Below, one piece after another: positions 46,311 to 56,403 of a stretch of DNA of 64,000 nucleotides. Positions within the stretch are counted from its first letter, which is position 1. Every line of letters begins with the position of its first letter. Below the pieces are notes generated by a model. It worked only from the letters and a program-made list of their open reading frames with translations. It had not been told where the DNA came from and made no database searches. The DNA is from Oscillospiraceae bacterium (GTDB lineage: Bacteria > Bacillota > Clostridia > Oscillospirales > Oscillospiraceae), in NCBI GenBank assembly GCA_050253535.1, contig JBFWIW010000005.1:837-64836 (forward strand), written 5' to 3'. The translations under genes were made by a program, and so were the position numbers.

Positions 46311-47270
46311 TCAGCCAACTTTTTTTATCGTCTGCTTTACACAGTCATAATTGTATATAACGCGGCTCTCAGGATTCTCTGCGGAGGGTGAGAAGGTGAC
46401 AACCTGTATCTGAAGAACACCATCCGGGAGTGTGTCCAGGATCGAATACTTGAACTCGTCGGCACTGCCGACGGAAAAGAAAAAGCTGTATGATATATCG
46501 CTCATATCACCAAGGTCTTCGATACCTTTGGTCATTCCCTCATAGGAGGATGCGTCGGAGAGTTTTATCGGCAGAATATAATCCCCGTAGAGTACCCATC
46601 CGAGGCCCGCTATATCAGCCGGAGCGTCATAGAATATCACCATGTTGCTGCAGGGTTCGGAGAGCACCTCATTGAAACGCAATGTTTCAAGGTTGAAACA
46701 AAAAAGGCTGTCGTGCAGCGTCAGCCCGTTTTCTATGGTAAAATACAAAAACCTGTTTCCGGATTTCTCAAAGCTTAAATCGACATAGTTTATGCTTACA
46801 ATATAATCATCAGTCTGAGCCAGCCCGTAAAGCACCTCAATATTGCCCACGGGGTCTTCTCGGCAGACCATCTGGTACTTCTGGTCGCTATAGTAAGCAT
46901 CGGTTATGAAGTAATTCCATGTGTTGGTATCGGCTATAGAGGCGCGGTAGCCGATGACGAGGTCCTCCGGCGCTTTCTGCGGAGTTATGGATGACCCCGT
47001 GGTCCCGGGCTCAAAGGGTTTATCAGCGGGTTCTCCCTGCTCGTTTTCGGTACCTTCCGGGGTTCCGGTCTCTGCGCTGTCATCCGAAGATACGGCAGTA
47101 TCGGAAGAACCCGAGTTCCCGCCGCTGTCTGAAGCCTGCGTGACGGCCGTATCCGCCGTTTTTTCAGCATCGCCGCCCTGCGCCCCCCCGGAGCATGCGG
47201 CAAGTCCAAATATGAGCACAAACAGGGAAAGAATAAGGAATATTCGGTTCAAAAGGCCGCGGTTTTTCAT
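46311..47270 (-). CDS. Hypothetical lipoprotein
   Basis: Trimmed to ATG 47270 after AAGAGGTGG. Lipobox LAAC, a Ser/Asp/Thr-rich linker, and a C-terminal domain I cannot place in any family. Confidence 0.65.
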   Translation of the reverse strand: MKNRGLLNRIFLILSLFVLIFGLAACSGGAQGGDAEKTADTAVTQASDSGGNSGSSDTAVSSDDSAETGTPEGTENEQGEPADKPFEPGTTGSSITPQKAPEDLVIGYRASIADTNTWNYFITDAYYSDQKYQMVCREDPVGNIEVLYGLAQTDDYIVSINYVDLSFEKSGNRFLYFTIENGLTLHDSLFCFNLETLRFNEVLSEPCSNMVIFYDAPADIAGLGWVLYGDYILPIKLSDASSYEGMTKGIEDLGDMSDISYSFFFSVGSADEFKYSILDTLPDGVLQIQVVTFSPSAENPESRVIYNYDCVKQTIKKVG

Positions 47271-47330
47271 ATGCGCCACCTCTTTCTGCATTTTGTAGAC
47301 ATTGTACCACACTTTTCTCACACAGCAAAG

Positions 47331-47371
47331 AAAAACCATCCGCGGAGGAAATACCTCCGCGGATGGTTTTT
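47331..47371. terminator. 18-bp stem terminator abutting the DUF4129 gene stop
   Basis: AAAAACCATCCGCGGAGG-aaata-CCTCCGCGGATGGTTTTT. A/T runs on both sides allow either-strand function. Confidence 0.85.
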
Positions 47372-48788
47372 AATGTTTTGCAGCCACGGCTTTACGCAGA
47401 ACAGTGATATCCGTTTTGTCCATCGTGACGGAGCCGTCGCCGTAATAACGGCTGTCAAGGGCGTTGGCCAGCTTCTGGAAACGCCTTGCTTCACCCGGAT
47501 ATTCGCGGGCGATCCTGCGGATAAATGCGCGGCATGTCTCCATTTCCTGTCTGCCGCGGCGTCTGAGCCTATATCGCTTCTGGAGCCACGCAAAAAGTCC
47601 GGGCACGGTGTTTTTGCGGAATATGGAGTTCCATGCGTAAGAAATTTTCTTCGCAAAGAAGCGCCAGAGTAGGACTATCAAGGTAACACGCTTTTTTCCC
47701 TTCTTTGCCGATTTTCCTCCGCCTCTGTAGCCGCCTATACGGGTCCTGCCATGTTTAATAATAAAGACGGCAGTAATAGCCAGCAGCATAATAAGAATAA
47801 TAATAAACACAACTGTAAAATACGTGCCTCCGCCGTCTCCTCCGGTTACGGCGGGGGTGTTTGCGCTGCCCATGATATCTTCGTATGGAGAAGGGTCGTA
47901 TTCGTAGACAGTGCCTCCCCCGGAATGCGGGAATACCGACATGAGCCATGCGCCGAATCTGGAGAACGCATAGGCAATCAGGTTCCATGCCGCTTTCAGC
48001 CAGGAAAGGACCGTATACACTGCATCCTTAATTGGGACACGCATTGCGAGTATTATAGCAAATATGGTTACGGCCGTTATGAAAATACCGCTTGTGACGA
48101 TTGTAATACTCTGGAGAACTCTGATCTTTTTCTCCCTTTTACGGCCGTCAAACGAGCGCTCGTATACCTGTGCCACGAGAGAAAGAACGGCAGCCGCAGC
48201 AAGAGGATACAGATATTCGTATGTGATGTTCTGAGAGCTCGAGTATATGGCGCCGAAAACGAGGAAGACGACGGCAATCTCAAAGTTGTTGTTAAGGTTT
48301 TTGAGTATCACCTTTTTTGTAACCAAAAAGAATATCCTGAAGTAGGTGAGCGCAAAAAGGATCAGTGCCAGCAGAGTAAAACCCATATCGAGATAGTAGC
48401 CGTAGTAGCGCAGACATACGATCGACTGCGCTGTCAGAAACACTGCCAACACTGTGACAATCATAGCTGTAGGCCGTGGCCTTCTAAGGAGAATTGAGAG
48501 CAGAATATAACATGTCATCGAAAAAATGACCCACGGCAGATAGGAGCCGTATGAAAAATAGTCCGTGGTAATATTGCAGATGAGCATATATAGATAATTA
48601 AGGAAGGTGACGGTAGTGAAGAGAATTATCGCGTTGCAGATATAGGACGAGCCCATTTTGGCCTGTATGTCTGTTCTCGCCTTTTCCGTCTCCGTGACTC
48701 TTCCGGCCATACGTTCAAGGTGACGCTGCTCGCGCGCGCCGACCTCGCCCTCCATCATGGCGATCATTTTGTCAATTGCCCAGCCCAT
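47370..48788 (-). CDS. Polytopic membrane protein with DUF4129-like C-terminus (no transglutaminase core seen)
   Basis: 472-aa ORF with many TM helices and a C-terminal soluble segment ending ...FQKLANALDSRYYGDGS. Its start overlaps the DUF58 stop by 1 nt. Confidence 0.6.
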   Translation of the reverse strand: MGWAIDKMIAMMEGEVGAREQRHLERMAGRVTETEKARTDIQAKMGSSYICNAIILFTTVTFLNYLYMLICNITTDYFSYGSYLPWVIFSMTCYILLSILLRRPRPTAMIVTVLAVFLTAQSIVCLRYYGYYLDMGFTLLALILFALTYFRIFFLVTKKVILKNLNNNFEIAVVFLVFGAIYSSSQNITYEYLYPLAAAAVLSLVAQVYERSFDGRKREKKIRVLQSITIVTSGIFITAVTIFAIILAMRVPIKDAVYTVLSWLKAAWNLIAYAFSRFGAWLMSVFPHSGGGTVYEYDPSPYEDIMGSANTPAVTGGDGGGTYFTVVFIIILIMLLAITAVFIIKHGRTRIGGYRGGGKSAKKGKKRVTLIVLLWRFFAKKISYAWNSIFRKNTVPGLFAWLQKRYRLRRRGRQEMETCRAFIRRIAREYPGEARRFQKLANALDSRYYGDGSVTMDKTDITVLRKAVAAKH

Positions 48789-50098
48789 TACGCACCCCTC
48801 CTTTCCGTATCCGCCGCTCCACTTTTAAGAACGGACAGGGAAGACACCGAGACATCATACGGGGGGTTTACGTTCGTGTCCATTACGGTGAATATGGCCG
48901 CTCTTGACGGATCTATGCTGCCCAGCATAACCGGGAGCTCCTTTGGCGTGCGAAAGGTAACATAATATGTTTTTCCGGCCATAAAGGCCGCGGAAATCGC
49001 TCCCTGCAGCTCAAACTGTGCGGGGAGCCAGACCTTGTGTTCACGCGTACTGACCTCTTCATCCAACGCGTTTAAGCACTCATAGCCTGCAAAATAGTAT
49101 AGTATTTCTTCCAGCGTTCGGGTCTCGTCCGGGGGAAGGTTTATTGCCGGAAAATTCATAGATTTCGGGATCGAGAGTCCGCACTGCACGCCGGCTTCAA
49201 AAAGCCTTGTTATGGACGAGGCTATGATTTCCAGCATTACCTCCAGATATTTGTTGTCATTGGTGATCCTTGCAAAGGATTCGCCGTCGACTATGAAGTG
49301 CACCGCTTTGGGTCGGATTATCTCATACATATTTACCTTGAGCTCGCTTTGCCGTGCGAGTGCACGCCAGTTTATACGCTTCCAACTGTCGCTGGTCTGA
49401 TAGTTTCTTATACCGCGCAGAATAGTCGGGTCCTCAATATATCCCTTGGAACCGATCTGGGAGTCCCGCTGATCCATAAGCAAAGTGGTTATATTTACCG
49501 GGACGGGGCGCGGATATACTGCAAAATCCGGGATGTTCATAACCTCATTTATCTGTTCGGCCTGTGTCAGGCCGAATCCGTCGCCGGAGCGGAGTATGAT
49601 GCTTTCCATTTGATACAGTCCCCTGCACTTTGCTGTCCACGTGCTGGGAAAAGTGACGGCCTCATGGCCCATTATGAAGGAGAACTTCTGCCGGACGTTG
49701 GACTCGTAAGCGACGCCATGCTTGCTGTTGTATTCTTTGTCGAAATACTCAAAATTTTCATCAGGAACGAGACAGTCCTTCGGCGGAGCCTTTTGAGAGA
49801 CCTCCAGCCAGATAAGCGGCAGGGCCTTGTCGTTTCGAATGATGTACTCAATCTCGGTCGACTCTCCCGGAAAGAGCCGCGTCCTGGTACAGGTAGCCGA
49901 TGCAGAGAGCCGCTTCATGGCAAAACCTCCCCATATGCGTGCGATAACGCCAAGCAGGAAGAGGAAAAAGAACATTCCGGATACGAGTGGCAGATTGTAC
50001 ACCGTACAGGTTATGCCAAGCGCGAAAAAGAACAGTATCGCAAAATTCGATACCATCATGTTGGATGCGTTTCCGAGTTTAATCCTTTTTCTCATCAA
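48788..50098 (-). CDS. DUF58-family protein
   Basis: Two N-terminal TM helices. Motif RGIRNYQTSDSWKRINWRALAR matches the DUF58 R.Y..GD..R.I.W...AR block. Overlaps the moxR stop. Confidence 0.75.
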   Translation of the reverse strand: MMRKRIKLGNASNMMVSNFAILFFFALGITCTVYNLPLVSGMFFFLFLLGVIARIWGGFAMKRLSASATCTRTRLFPGESTEIEYIIRNDKALPLIWLEVSQKAPPKDCLVPDENFEYFDKEYNSKHGVAYESNVRQKFSFIMGHEAVTFPSTWTAKCRGLYQMESIILRSGDGFGLTQAEQINEVMNIPDFAVYPRPVPVNITTLLMDQRDSQIGSKGYIEDPTILRGIRNYQTSDSWKRINWRALARQSELKVNMYEIIRPKAVHFIVDGESFARITNDNKYLEVMLEIIASSITRLFEAGVQCGLSIPKSMNFPAINLPPDETRTLEEILYYFAGYECLNALDEEVSTREHKVWLPAQFELQGAISAAFMAGKTYYVTFRTPKELPVMLGSIDPSRAAIFTVMDTNVNPPYDVSVSSLSVLKSGAADTERRGA

Positions 50099-51053
50099 AA
50101 ACCTCTCCGCTTGCGGGAGGAACGGCGGTCGTCTTCAAAACGTGCTCGACCACCGTCTCCGTGTTTTTGCCGGAAAGCCTTGCCTCATTCGTCAGGAGTA
50201 TCCTGTGGTCAAGGACGGGGTGCGTGAGATACTGCACATCGTCCGGGGTCACGAATTCGCGGCCCTGCATTGCGGCCCACGCCTTAGCGGCCTTGTAGAG
50301 GCTGCGCGAGGCGCGCGGCGACGCGCCCATTTTGACAAGTTTGTTTGTCCTTGTCGCGGAAACCAGCTTAACGATGTAATCGGCCACCGCATCCGAGACG
50401 GCGACGCCGGCTATGGCGCGCTGGCATTCGGCGAGTTCTTCGGGGCTCGTCACAACCGAAAGCGAGTCGAAGGGCATTTTATCACCGAGGTTGAATAACA
50501 TCTGCTTTTCCTCTGTTCTCGTCGGAAATCCCATTGTGAGCTTTATGAGGAACCTGTCCATCTGTGCAACAGGAAGACGGAAAGTGCTCTCGGATTCGAC
50601 GGGGTTCTGGGTAGAGAGCACCATAAAAGGGACGGGGAGATTCATCGTCTCACCGTCTATGGTGACTTGCCGTTCCTCCATGGCCTCGAGGAGTGCCGAC
50701 TGCGTCCTCGGAACGGCGCGGTTTACCTCGTCCGCGAGAAGAAGGTTCGTAAAAACCGGACCTCGCATCATCTGGAACGCACCGGTTTTCTGGTTAAAAA
50801 TATTCATACCGGTAATGTCGGACGGCAGAAGGTCGGGTACGAACTGTATCCTGCGCGTGTCGCAGCCGGATACAATGGCGAGCGTTTTTATGAGCGTCGT
50901 CTTGCCAACGCCGGGCATATCGTCCAAAAGGACATGTCCCTCTGCCAGAAGCGCCATAATAATAAGCTCGATGCGATCCCGTTTTCCGAGGATTATCTTT
51001 TCGGTCTCATTTGCTATTTTCTCAGTGAGCTGGGGTATATTCAAGTGGATCAT
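50079..51053 (-). CDS. MoxR-family AAA+ ATPase
   Basis: Walker A DDMPGVGKTTL, Walker B LLADEVNR. 324 aa, typical of the MoxR/AAA_3 family. Confidence 0.88.
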   Translation of the reverse strand: MIHLNIPQLTEKIANETEKIILGKRDRIELIIMALLAEGHVLLDDMPGVGKTTLIKTLAIVSGCDTRRIQFVPDLLPSDITGMNIFNQKTGAFQMMRGPVFTNLLLADEVNRAVPRTQSALLEAMEERQVTIDGETMNLPVPFMVLSTQNPVESESTFRLPVAQMDRFLIKLTMGFPTRTEEKQMLFNLGDKMPFDSLSVVTSPEELAECQRAIAGVAVSDAVADYIVKLVSATRTNKLVKMGASPRASRSLYKAAKAWAAMQGREFVTPDDVQYLTHPVLDHRILLTNEARLSGKNTETVVEHVLKTTAVPPASGEVFDEKKD

Positions 51054-51171
51054 CCTTCCTTTGTGGAGGCGAAAAATCCTATTTTCCGCTATTTTCTATT
51101 ATACTATACCCATGTGCCCGGCGCCACAGACTAATTGTTAAAAAACCATTAAAATTACATCCATTTTGCTC

Positions 51172-51222
51172 CAAAAAACACCAAAGCGGCCCCCGTGGCT
51201 CAAACGGGAACCGCTTTGGTGT
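51172..51222 (-). terminator. Intrinsic terminator after the TetR gene
   Basis: ACACCAAAGCGG...CCGCTTTGGTGT 12-bp stem with a structured loop, followed by T6 on the minus strand. Confidence 0.75.
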
Positions 51223-51358
51223 CTATTTTGGGGGAAGTGAGGATCCACTTTTTCATCCTGCTAATGAAAAAAGCTTTTTGTTCCTGCACAATAATATTAC
51301 CAACTATTGCTCAAAAAAAGCTTAACAATCTGTGAACGATATATTAATGAAATATTAA

Positions 51359-51913
51359 TTATTCAGCTTCCGCGAAAATACGACCGGATAGGAGATTCTC
51401 TGCCAGAGCGGACAAAACGTCGATCCCGAGCCCCTGGTCGTTCATTATCCACATCCATAAAAGTTCATATGTTAGGCCGGAAAGGCTTGCCTTTATGTAT
51501 GGCAGCTGCCAGTTTTCGGATGTGTACATACCATCCAGAATCTCCGCACTCTCCATAAAATACTCACGATTTTTCGCCTGAAACATATGCCCCATACCGT
51601 GTGCAAAGAGGAGGGAGAGAAAGCTCTTATTACTGTCCCAATATAAAAGATAGTCAATGATGAGGTTGGAGGGCTGCATGCGGGCCTGTTCGATCTTTGC
51701 AGTAAATCCTTCAAATAGACCGGCCAGAAGATAGTCGAGTATATCCTCACGTTTGCCGAAATTTGTATAGAATGTCTGCCGCGAGAGGCCTGCCTTGTCC
51801 GTTATGTCGGAAACGGATATCTCATCGAAGCCCCTGGACATCATGAGCTTAAGGAGCGCCGAGGTCAGCGCAACCTTTGAACGTATGGCCATTGGATTTT
51901 CATGTTTTGACAC
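51359..51913 (-). CDS. TetR/AcrR-family transcriptional regulator
   Basis: N-terminal HTH FDEISVSDITDKAGLSRQTFYTNF. GTG 51913 lies 7 nt after AAGGAGG. Confidence 0.8.
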   Translation of the reverse strand: MSKHENPMAIRSKVALTSALLKLMMSRGFDEISVSDITDKAGLSRQTFYTNFGKREDILDYLLAGLFEGFTAKIEQARMQPSNLIIDYLLYWDSNKSFLSLLFAHGMGHMFQAKNREYFMESAEILDGMYTSENWQLPYIKASLSGLTYELLWMWIMNDQGLGIDVLSALAENLLSGRIFAEAE

Positions 51914-51950
51914 TGGTATTCCTCCTTGTTCCAATTATCATTAGCGTGAA

Positions 51951-51995
51951 AAAAGCTGATATAATACCCATATATTGGATATTATATCAGCTTTT
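51951..51995. terminator. 16-bp perfect-stem bidirectional terminator after pyrI
   Basis: AAAAGCTGATATAATA-13 nt-TATTATATCAGCTTTT. Confidence 0.75.
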
Positions 51996-52041
51996 ATAAC
52001 ATGTGCAAGGGTGATAAAAAGTATACTTCTGACGAATATTG

Positions 52042-52470
52042 TCAGTTAGGCTTACGAGTGGATTCACAATAAAGGCAGCGGTAGACGCGTTTTTCCCTGT
52101 CGGTCAGTCGGAACACCTGCGGGAGCTCCTGTTCGACAGAGGAGATGCAACGCGGATTTTTGCAGCGTATTACGCCGCGCACCTCTGCCGGGAGCTCGAG
52201 GTGGCATTTTTCGGCAAGAACACCGTTTTTTACAATGTTCACGGTTATGTCGGGATCCATATACCCCAAAACGTCGAGATTGAGGTCTATGAGCTCGTCA
52301 ATCTTGATGATGTCCTTTTTACCCATCTTGGCGCTGGACACATTTTTGATAACTGCGACGGAGCAGGTGAGTTTCTCAAGGTCCAGAACCTTATAAAGTT
52401 CCATGCTTGTCCCGGCCTTTATATGGTCAATCACATAGCCGTTCTGAATGGAGTCTATATTCATACTCAA
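52042..52470 (-). CDS. pyrI: Aspartate carbamoyltransferase regulatory subunit
   Basis: 142-aa ORF with a C-terminal zinc domain (CKNPRCIS...YRCLYCE). 4-nt overlap with pyrB. Confidence 0.9.
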   Translation of the reverse strand: MSMNIDSIQNGYVIDHIKAGTSMELYKVLDLEKLTCSVAVIKNVSSAKMGKKDIIKIDELIDLNLDVLGYMDPDITVNIVKNGVLAEKCHLELPAEVRGVIRCKNPRCISSVEQELPQVFRLTDREKRVYRCLYCESTRKPN

Positions 52471-53378
52471 ACCTCCAATAACTTAAGTATTAGGGCCATA
52501 CGGATAAACTTGCCGTTTAGGACCTGCTTGAAATAACAGGCGCGCGGGTCAGAGTCAACAGCAGTTGATATCTCATTCACACGGGGGAGTGGGTGCATTA
52601 CAGAGAGCGTGTCCTTCGCGCCATCCATCTTATCCGGTGTCAGGATATAGCTGTCCTTGAGTCGTACGTAGTCGGCCTCATTGAAAAAGCGCTCTTTCTG
52701 AACGCGCGTCATATAGAGGACGTCGAGCTTCGGCATTGCTTCCTCCAGCGAGGATGTCTCCAAATAAGGTATATTGTTCTTCTCGAGAATGTTGCTGCGG
52801 ATATATTCGGGTATGCGGAGTTCGTCCGGTGAAATCATAATAAAGCGCGTGCTCTCATAGCGCGAGAGCGCGCCGATGAGCGAGTGGACGGTTCGGCCGA
52901 ATTTCAGGTCGCCGCAGACACCGATAGTAAGGCCCGAAAAGCGGCCTTTTTCGCGCGCTATTGTGAGAAGATCCGCGAGCGTCTGCGTCGGGTGGTTGTG
53001 ACCGCCGTCGCCGGCGTTTATGACGGGCACCGTCGCGTTCATCGATGCTACCAGCGGCGCGCCCTCCTTGGGGTGGCGCATCGCGATTATGTCTGCGTAG
53101 CAGCTCACTGTCCTAACCGTGTCGGCAACACTCTCGCCCTTTGCGGCGGAGGAGCTCTGCGCCTCTGAGAAACCGATTACGTGGCCGCCAAGCTCATACA
53201 TCGCGGCCTCAAAGCTGAGCCGGGTGCGGGTGGACGGCTCGAAAAAGAGCGTGGCGAGTTTTTTGCGGTGGCATTTTTCGGCGTATTTTTCCGGATTCGC
53301 TATGATGCTGTTTGCTATATCTATGAGCTCGCCTATCTCGTCGGTGGAGAGGTCGAGTATATCTATAATGCTTCTCAT
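52467..53378 (-). CDS. pyrB: Aspartate carbamoyltransferase catalytic subunit
   Basis: 303-aa ORF with STRTRLSFE and HPLPR motifs. Confidence 0.93.
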   Translation of the reverse strand: MRSIIDILDLSTDEIGELIDIANSIIANPEKYAEKCHRKKLATLFFEPSTRTRLSFEAAMYELGGHVIGFSEAQSSSAAKGESVADTVRTVSCYADIIAMRHPKEGAPLVASMNATVPVINAGDGGHNHPTQTLADLLTIAREKGRFSGLTIGVCGDLKFGRTVHSLIGALSRYESTRFIMISPDELRIPEYIRSNILEKNNIPYLETSSLEEAMPKLDVLYMTRVQKERFFNEADYVRLKDSYILTPDKMDGAKDTLSVMHPLPRVNEISTAVDSDPRACYFKQVLNGKFIRMALILKLLEV

Positions 53379-54022
53379 TGCCTTTCTCCTATCCAGCTTT
53401 CGTCGGAGGGATTATTGCGGAAGGCGATAAGGCGGGAAATGTCTTCCTTCTTTATATATCCCATCTCGGCGGCGACTTCGGTGATCGCGTCAAAATCCGT
53501 GAGGCTGACGTTTTTTATATTTGCTTCCGAGAGCCTCTCAATGCCCTTTTTCATGTTGTAGGTGAAGATGCTCACAATTCCGAGGACTTCGGCCCCCGCG
53601 GCTCTGAGTGCTTCGACCACCTCGAGTACGCTGCCGCCGGTCGATATGAGATCCTCGATGACGACGGTCTTCTGGCCGGGGGTTAATTTGCCTTCTATCT
53701 GGTTGTTTCGGCCGTGCTCCTTGGCCCCGCCGCGGACATAGCCCATGGGAAGGCCCATGATGTGCGCCGCAATGGCGGCGTGGGGAATACCGGAGGTGCT
53801 TGTGCCCATCAGTATTTCGCACGCCGGGTATTCGCGAAGAATCGTCTCTGCGATGCCGTTTTCAATGTTTGTCCTCACCTCGGGGGCGGTCAGCGTGAGG
53901 CGGTTGTCGCAGTATATTGGGCTCATTATACCGCTCGCCCATGTGAAGGGCTCATCCGGGCGGAAAAATACCGCTCCGATTTTGAGCAGGTCGGAGGCTA
54001 TCTTCTCTTTGAGATTTTCCAC
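53375..54022 (-). CDS. pyrE: Orotate phosphoribosyltransferase
   Basis: 215-aa ORF with the PRPP-binding [12 protein letters not shown] motif. Confidence 0.9.
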   Translation of the reverse strand: MENLKEKIASDLLKIGAVFFRPDEPFTWASGIMSPIYCDNRLTLTAPEVRTNIENGIAETILREYPACEILMGTSTSGIPHAAIAAHIMGLPMGYVRGGAKEHGRNNQIEGKLTPGQKTVVIEDLISTGGSVLEVVEALRAAGAEVLGIVSIFTYNMKKGIERLSEANIKNVSLTDFDAITEVAAEMGYIKKEDISRLIAFRNNPSDESWIGERQ

Positions 54023-54037
54023 TGGTATTTTCTCCTT

Positions 54038-54733
54038 TCAGCCGATAAATTCGGCACAGCATCTTCTGTAGGCCGCAACAGGGTCGGCGGCTCTCGTTAT
54101 CGGCCGCCCGACGACGATATAGTCGGAACCGAACTTTTTTGCCAGCGCCGGAGTGGCAATACGCGCCTGATCCCCGGCGGTATTGTCCGCGAACCTAATA
54201 CCCGGGGTCACGGTGAGAAAATCGTCCCCGCAGGTCTCGTGCACTTTTTGAACCTCAAGCGGAGAGCAGACGACGCCGGAGAGGCCGGCGGCTTTCGCAT
54301 TCTCGGCGTAGTGCATTACCGTTTCCTCCATGGTGTGCTCGATGAGAAGATCGCTTCTCATGCGCTCCTCCGAGGTGGAGGTGAGCTGCGTCACCGCTAT
54401 GAGAATCGGGTTTTCGCCGCCTTTTGAAAATCCGCGCATTGCCGCCTCCATCATCGGGATGGCGCCGGAGGCGTGTACATTTGTCATATCCGCGCCGAGT
54501 CCGGAGAGGACCGACATTGCGCTCTCAACCGTATTTGGGATGTCGTGAAGCTTGAGGTCAAGAAACACCTTGTGGCCGCGCGCCTTTATCTCGCGGACAA
54601 TGTCGGGGCCGGCGGCATAGAATAGCTCCATTCCGATTTTTAAAAACGGCTTCACCTCAGTAAAATTGTCCAGAAAGGCTATCGTCTCTGCGCGGCCGGG
54701 GAAATCACAAGCGATTATGACGTCTTTTCCCAT
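54038..54733 (-). CDS. pyrF: Orotidine-5'-phosphate decarboxylase
   Basis: 231-aa ORF with the [12 protein letters not shown] motif. Confidence 0.9.
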   Translation of the reverse strand: MGKDVIIACDFPGRAETIAFLDNFTEVKPFLKIGMELFYAAGPDIVREIKARGHKVFLDLKLHDIPNTVESAMSVLSGLGADMTNVHASGAIPMMEAAMRGFSKGGENPILIAVTQLTSTSEERMRSDLLIEHTMEETVMHYAENAKAAGLSGVVCSPLEVQKVHETCGDDFLTVTPGIRFADNTAGDQARIATPALAKKFGSDYIVVGRPITRAADPVAAYRRCCAEFIG

Positions 54734-55641
54734 CAGTGGGCACCTCCTGTAATATCAGACAGTTTTTCTATTCCCAGTTTTTCCATCTCTAAGGGCAAAT
54801 TTCCTATTATTTTTTTGCAGGCGAAGGGGTCTTTCAGATTGGCGGCGCCCACTTCTACCGCAGCAGCACCGGCGAGCATCATTTCGATGACATCGGAGGC
54901 TGTGGAAATCCCGCCCATTCCGATTATCGGTATCTTCACGGCGTTATAGACCTGATATACCATCCTGAGAGCGACGGGGAAGACGGCGGGGCCGGAGAGG
55001 CCGCCTGTATTGTTCGCGAGCACCGGTCTTCTGGTCTTCAGGTTTATTCGCATGCCCAGGAGCGTGTTAATAAGGCTCAAGCCGTCCGCACCGGCTTCCT
55101 CGCAAGCTCCGGCTATTGCGACGATATCCGTCACGTTCGGCGAGAGCTTCATGTAAACAGGCTTTTTTGTCACCGCTTTGACGGCCCGCGTCACCTCGGC
55201 GGCGCATTCCGGCGATGTGCCGAAGCTCATGCCGCCGTTATGGACATTCGGGCAGCTTATATTGACTTCAATTATCCCGACGTTTTCCGCCTTGTCTGCC
55301 TTTTCGCAGCAGTAGGCGTATTCTTCTATCGAAAAGCCGTTTATATTGGCAATTACGGGCTTATTGAAAATCTTTTTAATTTCGGGCAGCTCATTTTTTA
55401 TAACGCTCTCGATACCGGGGTTCTGGAGTCCAATGGCGTTTAACATGCCAGACGGCGCTTCCGCTATGCGCGGCGTCGGATTCCCGAAACGGGGATCCTT
55501 TGTCGTCCCTTTAAATGAGAATGAGCCGAGGATGTTTATGTCATAGAGCTCGGCAAACTCCCTGCCGTAGCCGAAGGCGCCGGAGGCGGGGATTATCGGG
55601 TTATCCAGCCTGAGCCCGGAGAGGGTTACGCCTAACTCCAT
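54733..55641 (-). CDS. pyrD: Dihydroorotate dehydrogenase B, catalytic subunit
   Basis: Trimmed to ATG 55641 ([21 protein letters not shown]...). Class 1B DHOD, paired with pyrK. Confidence 0.9.
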   Translation of the reverse strand: MELGVTLSGLRLDNPIIPASGAFGYGREFAELYDINILGSFSFKGTTKDPRFGNPTPRIAEAPSGMLNAIGLQNPGIESVIKNELPEIKKIFNKPVIANINGFSIEEYAYCCEKADKAENVGIIEVNISCPNVHNGGMSFGTSPECAAEVTRAVKAVTKKPVYMKLSPNVTDIVAIAGACEEAGADGLSLINTLLGMRINLKTRRPVLANNTGGLSGPAVFPVALRMVYQVYNAVKIPIIGMGGISTASDVIEMMLAGAAAVEVGAANLKDPFACKKIIGNLPLEMEKLGIEKLSDITGGAH

Positions 55642-56369
55642 AATAATTCCTCCTTCATCATGACGGGACCTTCCCTGCATATGCGCTTATAACCGGTCAG
55701 CGTCTTGCATGAGCAGCCCATGCATGCGCCGATGCCGCAGCCCATCCGCTCCTCGAAGCTGAGTTGGCCGGAGGTCGGACAGGCCTTATACACAGCTCTC
55801 ATCATGGGCTCCGGCCCGCAGGTATAGTAGAAGGTACAGTCCGGGAACTTTTCAACGGCATCCGTCGGAAAACCCTTTATACCAAAGGTGCCGTCCACCG
55901 TCGCGACTATGGTTGAGACACCGAGGTTTTCAAATTCACCGGTGAAGAAGACTTCGGACGCGGTATTGAAACCGAGTATCGCCGCGGGCTTTTTGCCCTC
56001 TCCGACAAGCTTTTTCGCAAGTAAGTAGAGCGGGGCGCACCCGGCGCCGCCGCCGATTAACAGCGGCGAGCGGCCTGAGAGCGAGGTGTCGAAGCCGTTG
56101 CCGAGCCCCGTGAGGACATCAAGCTTTTCTCCGGGTACGAGAGCGGCCATATACTCAGTACCCGCTCCCACTGTCTTGTAGATAATCGTTATGCTCTCGC
56201 CGCCGCAGTCACAGACCGATATCGGGCGGCGCAGGTAAAAGCCGGGCAGGGCTATATCTATGAACTGGCCGGGCAGCATACTTTCGTGACCGTTACCAAA
56301 AAGGATCATTTTATAGAGCCTGTCCGCGATATTTATATTCTCTCTTATCTCATAAGTACCGTTTTCCAC
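55632..56369 (-). CDS. pyrK: Dihydroorotate dehydrogenase B, electron-transfer subunit
   Basis: 245-aa ORF with C-terminal 2Fe-2S motif [11 protein letters not shown]. Confidence 0.88.
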   Translation of the reverse strand: MENGTYEIRENINIADRLYKMILFGNGHESMLPGQFIDIALPGFYLRRPISVCDCGGESITIIYKTVGAGTEYMAALVPGEKLDVLTGLGNGFDTSLSGRSPLLIGGGAGCAPLYLLAKKLVGEGKKPAAILGFNTASEVFFTGEFENLGVSTIVATVDGTFGIKGFPTDAVEKFPDCTFYYTCGPEPMMRAVYKACPTSGQLSFEERMGCGIGACMGCSCKTLTGYKRICREGPVMMKEELLWS

Positions 56370-56403
56370 CCATCGGCCTCCTTTGATGTAATTTGCAGAC
56401 GTT

